A stretch of 64,000 nucleotides of DNA from Octopus bimaculoides (lineage: Eukaryota), in assembly GCF_001194135.2 (NCBI RefSeq), contig NC_069005.1, positions 8,355,260 through 8,419,259 on the forward strand. The letters are read 5' to 3'. The position numbers were made by a program, and so were the translations under genes. Positions 51,831 through 64,000 of this stretch are shown piece after piece; positions within the stretch are counted from its first letter, which is position 1, and every line of letters starts with the position of its first letter. The notes beneath the pieces are model-generated. The model saw nothing but the letters and a program-made list of their open reading frames with translations, was not told the origin of the DNA and searched no databases.

Positions 51831-52814
51831 AAGATACAGACCCAAAGATTCCCCATCACACACACACACATGTATATATACAACTGGCTTCTTTCAGTTT
51901 CCATCTACTAAATCTTCTCACAAGGCTTTGGTCAACCTGAGGCTCAAGTAGAAGACACTTGCCCAAGGTACCATGTAGTGGGACTGAACCTGGAACCATG
52001 TGGTTGGGAAGCAAGCTTACCACACACCCATGCCTGTGCTTATACATATATGTATGACTGGCCTTCGTGCCGGTGGCATGTAAAAGCGCCCACTACACTC
52101 TCAGAGTGGTTGGCATTAGGAAGGGCATCCAGCTGTAGAAACTCTGCCAAATCAGATTGGAGCCTGGTGTAGCCATCTGGTTTCACCAGTCCTCAGTCAA
52201 ATAGTCCAACCCATGCTAGCATGGAAAGCGGACGTTAAACGATGATGACGATGATGTATGTATACATCTTTTTGTCTCTAACTATCTGTCTGTGTGTCTC
52301 TCTCTTTATCTATCTGTACATATATACATGCATGCACATGTGCATGCATGCACACACACACACACACTATTGGAATATCTGTGGATCAAAATGGCAGCAA
52401 GTTAATGTATATGAAGATAGCTATATTCTTGTAGCTATTGACTTTTTTTTAGTTAAAAAAAAATGTGCTATACTTTTAAAAACTCATTTATTTTGCTATA
52501 TATATATATTAAAATCATAAGAAACCATGTTTTCACACTGCAATCCTCTGTTTCAGGAGGAAGTTATTTTAAAAGTTTTTACCCTAACAGTAAGCCTCAG
52601 CTGTTTCTCCAAGTCAGAATACATCAGTGATTTGTTAGATTGTCAGTTTCAATACCATACAATGCTCTCTGAATGACGTGCTGATTAAGTCTATCAAGGT
52701 TTGACGATGTCGGAAATGTTTCAAGGATCAAGCTGAGCGATCAGCCTCACTGAATGAACTCTACTAATTCAATGGCTTTTAGTCATATGATGGGTAGTGT
52801 CTTTGTTATGATGA

Positions 52815-52831
52815 CTCTCTCTCTCTATCTG

Positions 52832-52863
<32 letters not shown>

Positions 52864-53113
52864 CCTCGCTATCTTTCTATCCATCTATCTGTCCATTTGT
52901 CCATCTCTCTCTCTCTCTCTCTCTCTGTCTATCTATCTGTCTATCTATCTATCTATCTGTCCATCTATCTATCTGTCTGTCTCCTTTTCTCCACATTTCT
53001 CTCTTCCTTTTTCTCTATCTATTTATCTATCTATCTATCTATCTCTATATCTATCTGTCTACCTATCTATCTATCTTTCCATCCATCCATCTATCTATCT
53101 ATCTATCTGTCCA

Positions 53114-53159
<46 letters not shown>

Positions 53160-53184
53160 NNNNNNNNNNCTCTCTCTCTATCTG

Positions 53185-53216
<32 letters not shown>

Positions 53217-53466
53217 CCTCGCTATCTTTCTATCCATCTATCTGTCCATTTGTCCATCTCTCTCTCTCTCTCTCTCTCTGTCTATCTATCTGTCTATCTA
53301 TCTATCTATCTGTCCATCTATCTATCTGTCTGTCTCCTTTTCTCCACATTTCTCTCTTCCTTTTTCTCTATCTATTTATCTATCTATCTATCTATCTCTA
53401 TATCTATCTGTCTACCTATCTATCTATCTTTCCATCCATCCATCTATCTATCTATCTATCTGTCCA

Positions 53467-53516
<50 letters not shown>

Positions 53517-53530
53517 CTTCTGTCTGTCTG
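52815..53530. repeat. (TCTA)n-rich tract present twice across a 10-N gap
   Basis: The blocks at about 52815-53158 and 53170-53520 are nearly identical, which suggests an assembly overlap. Confidence 0.85.
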
Positions 53531-53595
53531 TTTGTCTATCTATTTCTCTTCAACTCCTTCTCCCTCTCCCTTCCTCTATATCGATTCCTTCTCAT

Positions 53596-53683
53596 CTCCC
53601 TCTCCTTTTCTCCACATCTCCCTCTCCTTTTCTCCACATCTCCCTCTCCTTTTCTCCACATCTCCCTCTCCTTTTCTCCACAT
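53596..53683. repeat. 22-bp minisatellite, 4 copies (ctccctctccttttctccacat)
   Basis: Direct reading of four exact units. Confidence 0.95.
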
Positions 53684-56600
53684 CTCCCTCCCTCCCTTTC
53701 TCTCTTTCTCTTATCTATCTCTGTTTCTCTTCATCTCCCTCTCTCTTTCTCCACATTTCTTTCTCCTTTTCTCTCTCACACACAACCACACATATATTCC
53801 ACATTTATAAACACATTGATACACATTCTGTTTTCAGTATCTTCAGCGGAATCATTAGAAAGTCAGAAAAAATGTCTTTGCAGTCTTCATTCCAGACCTG
53901 TGTGTTCTGAGTTAAAATTCTGCTGAGGTCAACTTCATCTTTTATCTCTCTAGATTTTGGTAGATTAAGATACCAGTCACATACTGAGGTTGATATATGA
54001 TCAACTAACACCCTTCCTCTTCAAAATAGCTACCTGTGTTTCTAAATTAGAAATAATTATTATTGTTCTCATTATGGCGGTTGATTTGTAGAATCATTTG
54101 ATCAATGGACTAAATGCTTTGTAGTATTTATTCTGGATCTTTATGGTCTGAGTTCAAATCCTGCCAAGGACAGTTTTGCCTTTTATCCTTTCGGGGTAAT
54201 AAAATAAAGTACTAGCTTTGATGGCATTGACTAATTCCCTTCTTCTCTCAAGACTGGTGGCCATGTGCCTAAATGAGACGCCATTATTATTATATTTTAT
54301 TATATTTTATTGCTGTTGTTTCGCTCTGTGTCAGTTCCGGTTGAGTAGTCTTATAAAGAGACTCTAACCATGACCATTCTGTCTTTAGTTGTCTTTGTTT
54401 TCCTCACACAGTATTTAGGATTACATTATCTAATCTGGTCTTGTTTTAACAACCAAAGAATTTGAGAGTGGTTTAACTGCCGTTTCCAGCAAACCTAGTG
54501 AACATATCGAGGCACTCTCACTGGTTCAATTATCATTATTGACAGAATCAGTAGAGTACCAGAAAAAAATGCCTTGTGTTGTTATTTGTTCCAGTTCTCT
54601 TTCTTCTAACTTCATAAACCACTGAAGCCAGCTTTGCTTTACATTGTTCCAGGGTTGGTTAAATAAAGTACCAGTTAAATACTGGGGTAAATTTAATCAA
54701 CTGACACCTTGCCCCAAATTTCAATTCCTGTGCCTATGCTAGAAATGATTGTTATTATTAAATGCTGAAAGAAGGCAACAAGCTGGCAGGATTATTAACA
54801 TGCTGGACGATTGTTTACTTTTAGAATGACTTGGCAGTGTAGGTGTGATAAGCCTGATCTGGTCAGTTTGAACATAAAACAGGTAGAATATTTTGGCTGG
54901 ATATGGCCATTTTAAATGCTAAAGGGTCAATGGGTTGGCTTAATTGTTAGAGTATTCGTCCAAATGCCATGGAGTATTTGTTCTGGCTCTTTGCATCATA
55001 AGTTCAAATCCCACAGGAGTAAACTTTGCTTTTTCTCCTTCAGGAATTAATAAAAATAAAGTAGCAGTCAAACACAGACCTCAAAATAATAAACTTTCCT
55101 TCCCCTCAAATTTCTGATCTTCTACCTATGTTAGAAATAATAATCATTATTATCAGTCAGTAGATGGTGGAATCAGTAGAGCAACCAACAAAAGGCCTTT
55201 TTTTTTTTATGAGTTTGTATCTGTTTGTGATATGTGGTGGGTAAATTGGCAGCAGATTTGTTTGGTTGTGTATTCCTTCTAGCTCTCTTCTGTTCTCTGG
55301 TCAATTTTTCCTTCCATCTTTTTGCGGCTTATGTATTAAATACCAGCCCTGTATTGGGGTTGATTCTTCTGTCTGTTTGTCATGTTTTCTATGGAAGACT
55401 AGGAATGGACATTGCTTGTATGATGGTGATACTCATTTACGAGCAGTTCATGATGTCAAAGCAAAGATACAATGACACACACATACACTCACACATCTAT
55501 GCACATACTCACATACACACATACACAGAGAGAGAGTCTTCTTTCAGTTTCCATCTCACAAATCCAATCACAAGGCTTTGGTTGGTCTAGGGATAGAGTA
55601 GAAGACACTTGCATAAGATGCCATGCAGTGGGAATGAACCCGTGATTACATGATTAGGAAGCAAGCATCTCAACTTCACAACCACACCTGTATCTGTTAT
55701 TCAAAAATGTAGTAATGTAAAAAATCAAAAAATCATAAAATGTCACATTCCATTATATTCAACAAGGGAAAGAGAAATAAAATAAAAATAAAATGATAAA
55801 TAATCTTATTTCAAGTGTGATAAAAATATAATTTATCAGAAGATAATTTTAAATGTCTGATTGTCTGAGATAAGTTATTAATAAGATTACACAATATTTT
55901 GGTCTATAAACCTTTAACTTCAGAGATGAAACATTTTTTTAATATTTACATCTACATTATGTTTCGACCAGTTTCATATCTGATAGTCATCAAGCTGTTT
56001 TATTCTGAGTTATATTGCTTATTGCTGTTAATAAGATTTTCATTTTTCTTTTCTATTAACTCCAAGTTTAGAGATGAAAAGAATACTATGGTTTCCAGGG
56101 GCATGGCTTGCGTAGTTTAAAAGGTTAAGAATTTTCACTTTGAAACCGTGTGGTTTCAGGTTCAGTCCTACTGTGTGGCACCTTAGATAAATGTCTTCTC
56201 TTCTAGTCTTGGAGTTCCCTAATGCCATGTGAGTGAAATTTGGGGAAGTGAAAGATGTAAAGAAGATCTTTGTGTCCAGTGTGTGTGTGTGTGTGTGTGC
56301 ATATTCTCCTCATCATTGTAGCCACTACCGTCACCACCGCTGCTGCTGCCACCACCGTTTTAGTGCCTCCTTTTCCATGCTTGCATGGATCAGAAAAAGC
56401 ATGCTGTGTCAGAGTTTTTCCACAACAGGATGCTTTTCCTGTCACCAACCCCATTTGTATCCAAGTGAGATGATAGTCTCCCAATCAATTGACCAACAAT
56501 CAACCTGGACATGTTATTCTTAGGGAACAAGAAATAGACATCATTTGGTGGTGGTGGTGGTTAACAACACACACACTCACACACAGATAAATAGATAAAT

Positions 56601-57409
56601 AGTAAAATAAGGATTCAGATAGAATCAGGTACTTGAAAATATATGCACCAGGTAGGGTTGGATAAACCTGTGGTTCCGGCCTATGGTTGGTATGTATCAA
56701 ATAGGATATTCTGGTTGTGTACACAGAGAAAAACCAACCCTATGAGTATTTAGCACCTAAGGGCTGGTCCAAAGCATGCATTACATTGAATTGTACGTTG
56801 TTGGTATACTCTAAAGCTGACAATTATCCCTTGTCTGTTATTATTCATTTGATTTTATATATATATATCATCACCTGCCAGCATAGGTTAGACAGTTTGA
56901 TTGGAGCTGGTAAGTTGGAGAGCAACATCAGGCTCCAGCTGTCTGTTCTGGCTTGGTTTCTATGATTGGATGCCTTTCCTAATGCCAGCCACTCTACAGA
57001 GTGTACTGGGTGCCTCTTATGTGTCACTGACATGAGTGCCTTTTATATGTCACCGGCACAGGTGCCTTTTACGTGTCACTGGCATACGTGTGTGTGTGAC
57101 CAACTGCCACACAGTTTCCATTTAAGAAACTCACTAACATAGCATTGGTTATTCCAGGGCTATAGTAGAAGAGACCAAAGTGCCATGTAGTGGGACTGAA
57201 CTCATAACCACTTGGTTACAGAGTAAGCTTCTTAACCACACAGCCATGCATATTGACAGAGACTTTATTGTTTCAATGGCTATTGGCCTTGTCAGGATAC
57301 CAGTGAAAATTCGAAGTTACTATTAAATAAAATTATTAAACTTAGCTGGTTATACTCCTATAGTAACCTTTTATTCATCCATCTCCTTTGCTCATTATTC
57401 CTGGGAGGG

Positions 57410-57710
57410 TCATGGAGGTAGACCCCTCAAGCACTTCCTCCATAGAGTCATATCAGATGCAACTGTCATCAGACTTTCCTGCCAGAGTCTCAAGTGTGAC
57501 CAACTGAGGCTATGGATATTATCCAACCATGTCTTTCTTGGTCTACTTTCAGGTTGCTTGTCAACTGGCTTGACTTGGAGGATTTGTCTTGGAATTCTTT
57601 TCTTTAGCATTCTAATCACATCTGTAGTGCTGGAGCTATGACCTCTCAACATGGAGAAGTTAATGGTTATATCTAGAGAATCTCACTGATCTCTAAGCTA
57701 TGCACCCTGT
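57410..57710 (-). mobile_element. RTE-type LINE 3' end
   Basis: RIPRQIL...RPRKTWLDNIHSLSWSHL...ASDMTLWR. A related fragment lies at about 60305-60545. Confidence 0.8.
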
Positions 57711-60700
57711 GGAATATTTTAATCTTTTTTATTAAGTTAATATTTTGTTTATTTTATGGTTATAAAGAAAAAAAAATCTGCTTTATTAACTCTATATATT
57801 ACATGTATGTATGAGTTTGTGTGTGCATTGGTAAATGATATACTTATTAGCATTAAACTGACAAACTGGTGATTTTAAACAAAAAATAACTTGTATTTCA
57901 TCTGATTTTCATTTTATAGATGTTCCCTTCTCAACTTCCACTTCCAGATTTTCAATGAGCCATTGATTGGACTATTAGAAACGCATAAACATGTTATTTT
58001 ATAACATGTTGTAAAGTGATGCATGTTATAAAATAAATTAAGATGTATTTAAAAAAAAAAAAGTCAGAAGGTTTATTGCAATAGTGACTGATTGATGAAA
58101 TTTAACTGTCTTTTTTTTTTCTTTTTCAATGGAGAGCAAGAGTTTATATGGTTTTTGCTGGATCTCACCCCCTACCCTCAACATTCACTGGACTTTATAG
58201 AGTTAAATTTAGTTGTTGGTGTTATTTGACTAAATAACAGGAGCAGATATATGCACACACATGCAGACAAGTATGTGTACTGACAACAAGCATACATTTA
58301 TAGACACACACACATATACGTGTGCACATACACACACATGCAAATAGACAGACACATGCACAGATATGTACACCTACTCAGACAAGCAAAGACCTTGTGC
58401 ATCCATATACAGATGTATGCATAAAAACAAGCCCCCACTGATATATACACAAGCACAAGCAGATACATAGAGAGATATGTATATCTACTCAGAGAAGCAA
58501 AGATATCATACATCCACATACAAAAATATGCATACACACACACACACAGAGGCAGACACATTACGTATGCAGGCAAATACATCCAGAGCCATGTACAACT
58601 ATTCAGACAAGCGAAGACCTTGTGTCCACATACAGACATACATGCATACAAGCAAGCCTGTACTCACACAAACACATACTATCAATAAACCATTTGGCAA
58701 ACACTATCATGTTACACACATTAATTACAGTGACACATACACATTCATACACACATACATACATACATACATAACCAGTCAAATTCACACATACACACAC
58801 TCACACAGTATAGTACCATTTAGTTAATAAAGTATTGTAAACAGCTATTGAGACTACTTAAATACAGATCCATTCATTAAATACGTTAGTTGAAGGTTTT
58901 AAAACTAATCAGATGACATAGAAATAGCTTGTGTGTGTGTGTGGTAGGGGGAAGTCTTGCTGTTTGGTGTTTTTTTTTTAAACTTCTAAATGGAAAATAG
59001 CATAAATAAATAAACAATTAAAATAAATACATTAAATAAATTCTAAAAATATATATAAATGAAACATGTTGAAGTGTATACAAAGCAGAATGATGACCAA
59101 AGCTGTTAAATGTGTTGTTTACTATGACTATTTTTATTTATTTATTCATTTTTTTGGTGTATACCTAAGGTTACATTGTCCACTGTGTTCGTCCTTCCTT
59201 CAAAATACTCAGGTATGATTAGAGAGAACTTGCTGCTATTTCTAGCAAGTTAATTACTCCATTAAAAAGATTTTATTTTTTGGAACCCAGGTCTACATTA
59301 TCAAATAGGATCTCCCTTTCACAAGATCGTAGGACATGAAGTGATGGAGATTTGGCTGCTATTTCTAACAGGTGGCTCCCATTGACTTGTGTGATACCCA
59401 TATAAATTTCTATCTCCTGGTACTGTAGATTTTATACTGAATGGTTGGTCTTTCATTTGTTTAGTGGTCACAGCCATTAGACTGCAACCATGTTAATGAA
59501 TTGCATTTAATGATTTCAGTTTTATTACATCAGCCCCTCTAATTATCCCCTGTCAGTACTTCTTTCAGTCTTGCACTCATGCTGGCATGGCTGAATGGTT
59601 ATAAGTAATTTGTTTGCTAATCATGAGGTATCAGGTTCGATCACAGTGTGAGGCATCTTGGGTAAATATCTTTTATCATAACTTGAGGTTGATTCATGTC
59701 TTGTGACTGAAACTGTTGGAGCACTCATAAGATGGATTTTATCTGTGATTCAAAAGGATCATTCATACCACACTGATTCTCCTTCAATATTATATTTAGG
59801 GTACATGTGTCTGTGGAATATTCAGCCACTTTCATAGTAATCTATCCGTTTTTGCTGTCCAATATTCCTGAGAGTGTCATGGGGTGAGGTGGGAGTTTTT
59901 TAGAGTTCTCAAATACCTTCTCCATAGGGTTCTGTCAGAAGTAGCCATCATTACACTTTCTGCTTATATTCCAAAACATAACCAAATGAATTGTAAAGAC
60001 CTTGTCTGGTCATGAATGACCATGGGATTACACCTAGAATGTTCCCCTCTCAGGCATGTATCTGGACAAAATTGTGGAAGACTAGCAGTAATTCATGCAT
60101 GCCAGCCTCCCTTCTCCACACCACTGACGTTATCCAAGGGAAAGGCAAATGCTGATACAGCTTGGCACAACTCATTTCTAAAGCTGAGTGAACTGGAGCA
60201 ACATAAAATAAAGTGTCTTGCTCAAGAATACAACACACAACCTCGTCCAGTAATCAAACTCACTACCTCATGACTGTGAGCCCGACGCTGTCACCACTGA
60301 GCCAGATATTATCCAACCATCACATTCTTGATCTGTTCCTAGCTCTCCTGCTGGTTGCCTCAGCTTGAAGAATCTGTCTCATGATTCTTTCCTGTAACAT
60401 TCTGACCACATGTCTATAATACTAGAGCTGTGACCCCTCAATGTGGAGAAGTAGCAGCTCAACCTGCAGGGACTCCCTGATCTCTGAGCTATGTACCCTG
60501 TTGAGTAATGTTACTCAAGAGATCCTTCAGAGGAACTCCATTTTAACCCCTTCTATTCACTTTCAGTCATTGCCTTATATTCTTGACCATAAGTGATGAC
60601 AAGCATGTAAACCAAACTGCAGATGGCAAATTTAATTATTTTACTAACCTCCCCTCATTTGAGAGTGGAATCTTCAAGCTAGTTCATTATTGTGCCAGCA

Positions 60701-61212
60701 CCTGCAATTCTAGCATCCATTGTAATTCCATGAGGATTTCATTTTGAACACTCATTGCTGAAACTGATGGAGATGTACAAAAAATAAACTTAAATTTTAT
60801 CTCCAAGCCATCCTTAGTATTTTAACTGTTACTTATTTTACCGACCATGTGAGGTGAAGCAACTTAGCTGATCTAGGTTTAATGGGGACTTAACTAGTTT
60901 GGAACCAAACACCACAAGGTATTTTTGTTTGACAAATTAATTCTGCTATCTTGAGGTGATGTGCACACACACTCAAACTCACCCACCCACACACATGCTC
61001 ATCTGACAAGTTTCCACATAGTTTCTGTCTACCAATCTCTCATGCAACATTGGAACCAACCTTAAGGTCATCTTTTACTTAAGTCATTATACATCACACT
61101 AAATTAGTGATTCTCAATCATTTATTTCTGTGTACTTTTTTTCCCAGAATTCAGAATATCATTTCCTCCTTTCCAATATTTTCTGAATCAAAAGTGTACA
61201 TTTTGAATTATA

Positions 61213-61433
61213 CGACAGGGTGCTGAAGATTTCCTGGCTTTGTGTAAAAGAAAATACAGGAGGATCAGTTAATTATGATTTTATTCAACATATTCCCCTC
61301 TCAGATTTACAGATATATTGCAGCAGTCCTTCAGTTTTTTTAAGCCCTGTAAAAGAAGTTGGATGTTTAGGCTTCCCTCCAACCAGGCCTTTCGTGATAC
61401 CCTTAAAGCCAGGAACTTTTCAGCACTCCCTTG
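61213..61433 (-). mobile_element. Mariner-derived MITE (copy 3 of 3)
   Basis: Reverse complement of the 13007 family. TIRs gggtgctgaagatttcctgg and ccaggaacttttcagcactccc; interior LQGLKKLKDCCNISVNLRGEYVE. Confidence 0.85.
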
Positions 61434-62169
61434 TGTGTGTTTGTATGTATATATATGTATATATGTATATATACACACACACAATAGCGAAACTCTTTAT
61501 TTTTTTTATTCCACATTTCTACATACATGCTTTTATTTTGCTTATTTTTATAATGGAGTTTTACAAATTTAATAGCAATAGAAAATGTCAATGGGTTTTA
61601 CAACATGAATAAAAAGTAGCTTTTTATTATTTTTTTTTGTTGCATTCATAACTAATTACTTAACAAATAAAAGTTACTGATGCATATTTCAGTAAATAAA
61701 AAGTTCAATAGAATGCCAAGGTTATTTTAGTTCATTTTACTCTGGTGTACATTACAGTTATAATGAGAAACCTGTGATTGTTCCTGTTGTTTGCTTTGCC
61801 AATATTTTAAAGGGCCCAGCGAGGATGAATTTTTTAACTGATAAAATAACACATGGTATTAATTATATATTTGCATTTTGGCGGAGGGGAGTTTTTGATG
61901 TTTCAAAATCCATTTTTTAGGGTTTTTGAGATGAAAGGGGTGGGAGTGTATGAAAAGGAAAGGCAGAGGAAGAAGAGTTTTACTTCTCCTTTTGGTGCAG
62001 GAACAGCTGTGTATTTAAGAAGCTCACTTCACAACCTCATGGATTCAGGTTCAGTTTCATTGTGTGGCACCTTGGACAAATGTCTTCTACTGTAGCCTTT
62101 GGCTAATGAATCTCTGTGAGTGAAGTTGGTTGATGGAAACATATATTGGCATGGTATGGCTGTGTAGTA

Positions 62170-62592
62170 AGACACCTAAGTTTTAATATCATCTCCTTTG
62201 AAACAGTCTCCGTGCATGACAGCACACTGGTCCCAGCTTTCTTGCCACTTTTGAAGCACCTGTGCCACTCGAAACATTGCATATGACACATTGCCTCATT
62301 GCCATAAGCTGGCCAAAGCAATGTCTCTGTAGCAGACTTCCCAAGTTCAACACAAAATTTCACGTTGGCTATTTGTTCCAATTTCCTGTCCATGACAAAA
62401 ATCGCAGACCACAGCATACATGTGATCACAAAATCCCAAATTTCACAACTTGCAAAGTAAACACAGCAATGTCACTCAGCACACTGCATCATGAAGGTCA
62501 CTGCTAGCCTATCACTGCCCACTGAACTGTGTGCTGCCATCTGTTGGCACTCTACATAACTAGTTGAGGAACTTTTTGATATCATTTTGTAG
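62170..62592 (-). mobile_element. Internally deleted mariner element
   Basis: N-terminus MDRKLEQIANVKFCVELGKSATET...CFEWHRCFKSG is joined directly to the C-terminus KWQESWDQCAVMHGDCFKGD. TIR-like caaaaagttcctcaactag at about 62560-62590. Confidence 0.85.
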
Positions 62593-62835
62593 TAACGTTA
62601 ATAAGTTGATGTGGCTGATATATTTGTAAACAGTTGTAGGAACACAGTGAAAAATACTCATAAGTTTAGCTGAGTAAATGTTTTGATAATCTTTATATTT
62701 ATTTTTTTGAAAAGTTTTCAAATATTCTTGAAATGCCATCTGATTAACGTCTCTTCATTGGGAAAACTTCAAGCAATCAACTTTGACAATAACAATTATG
62801 TCTTTATATATGTGTTTGTGTGTCTTCGGACTGAC

Positions 62836-63568
62836 CAAGCTGGACTTGCTGTGGAATAACAATGGAGTTGCTCTTCATACAATTGAGCAATTTGTTGTAG
62901 AAGCCTGTAGACAGATGAAGAAATAATTCTGTGAAATGTAACCATTATACATGACATTCAAATAAAGTTTCCAATTAGAAAATAAATTTAACCCCACCTC
63001 TACCGACCAGCATTTTTATTTCTTAGGATTTTAATATGTATAAAATAATGCTGAAGCACAAAACATTTTTCTTTTTATTTCTTTTAACTTAAATAAGGTT
63101 TTAAATCTAAATAGAATTATTAAATTCTTCAGAGGTAATTGTTAAAAATTTTGATCAGATTATTGGTGGTTTATGTCAACAATAATTATGTGTGTTCTGG
63201 TTCTGTTCTTCGTGTCTTTTATTTCTATTGAGTTAAACCATTCCTGTTTTTCACTGGCATCTAGAGATGCTGGTATTGGTCAATGTCAGTGAGATTGATT
63301 CAGTACCCCTACCCCATAAAACAAAAAAAGCAATAGAGAGATATATGGATGCTAAAGTGGAGAAGGAGTAAAAGTAATATTCAACATTACAAGCAAACAT
63401 AGGGTGTGAGTGGGATTTCAGTAACTGTTGTGAGAATGTCCATTAGTTTTCTGCTCCCCATTCTTCTCCAATAAGGGAATAATAATGCGTTATAATTCAC
63501 TTGCTTTCCATCTATAATTTCTGATGGCATATTAACAAACTCCCACGTTTTTAATTTGATTTTTTTCA
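62836..63568 (-). other. Possible pair of spliced exons (63391-63568 and 62836-62904), unidentified
   Basis: Acceptors ttttttacag| and atttcttcatctgtctacag|; donors |gtaatg and |gtcagt (both suboptimal). The phases are compatible and give ..KLKTWEFVNMPSEIIDGKQVNYNALLFPYWRRMGSRKL...PYVCLLLQQIAQLYEEQLHC.. No homology recognised. Confidence 0.25.
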
Positions 63569-64000
63569 CTGTAAAAAACCCTACCTCAAAACATTGCATT
63601 GTCATTTCTAACATGTCATACCATCATACCATTTCCCTCACATGGTCCACACTTGTACATTTCCCCCCCATGTTACACAATTGTGTGTGTGCGTTTGTGT
63701 ATATCCTGCATTGTTGGATAAATATTCTTTATTTGTGGGTTGAAGGAATCTCTTAACAGTTATCAAGTCTGCCACATGGGCATTATGATATAGATCTTCC
63801 TCTGTTGTGTTGGTAGCCCTGACAAAGTTGTAATACCATGTTTATGACCTCTCCATTTTTATAATATTATGTGCTTTGTATACTTATTTTCAACACCTTA
63901 GAATAAAATTTAGAGAAGCAAGACACACAGAAATACAGCACAGATTTAAACTATACGACTGTTAAGAATTAGTGTTGCACTGGGATGAAAAGCTGCTCCC

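Noticed and set aside
52754-53926. The longest ORFs in the track (390, 337 and 186 aa; S/I/Y/L-rich)
   Set aside because: They are translations of (TCTA)n/(CT)n tracts running through Ns, and the block is duplicated across a 10-N gap, probably as an assembly artefact.
1-64000. tRNA genes or CRISPR-like arrays
   Set aside because: The A/B-box-like motifs are all SINE heads without a cloverleaf, and no repeat-spacer array with unique spacers was seen.

Overview
This is AT-rich animal genomic DNA from a draft assembly, with N-gaps near 11.6, 15.4, 20.4-21.3, 30.7, 37.6-38.3, 39.7 and 53.2 kb. The repeat families and the very high load of (TA)n, (CA)n, (ATT)n, (CAT)n and (TCTA)n microsatellites look like an octopus genome; this is recognition from memory, not a database result. 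Most of the window is intronic or intergenic. It holds dozens of copies of three tRNA-head SINE-like families, decayed RTE and CR1/Jockey-like LINE fragments, several Tc1/mariner relics and MITEs, hAT- and piggyBac-type MITEs, Penelope-like termini and a Helitron-like element. Almost all ORFs in the supplied track are microsatellite, N-gap or transposon artefacts. I can name no host gene. The best non-repeat signals are: (1) a coding-like minus-strand terminal exon at 30049-30284 followed by AATAAA; (2) a CpG-retaining domain at about 44.5-50.1 kb with a promoter-like 33-bp CCAAT/E2F-like tandem repeat at 48312-48389; (3) a truncated 5S rRNA-derived segment at 46714-46796; (4) minimal hammerhead-ribozyme-like motifs in Penelope-like ends; (5) a near-perfect 24-bp hairpin at 25376-25425. 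I found no convincing evidence of a wholly new biological system; the findings are leads.
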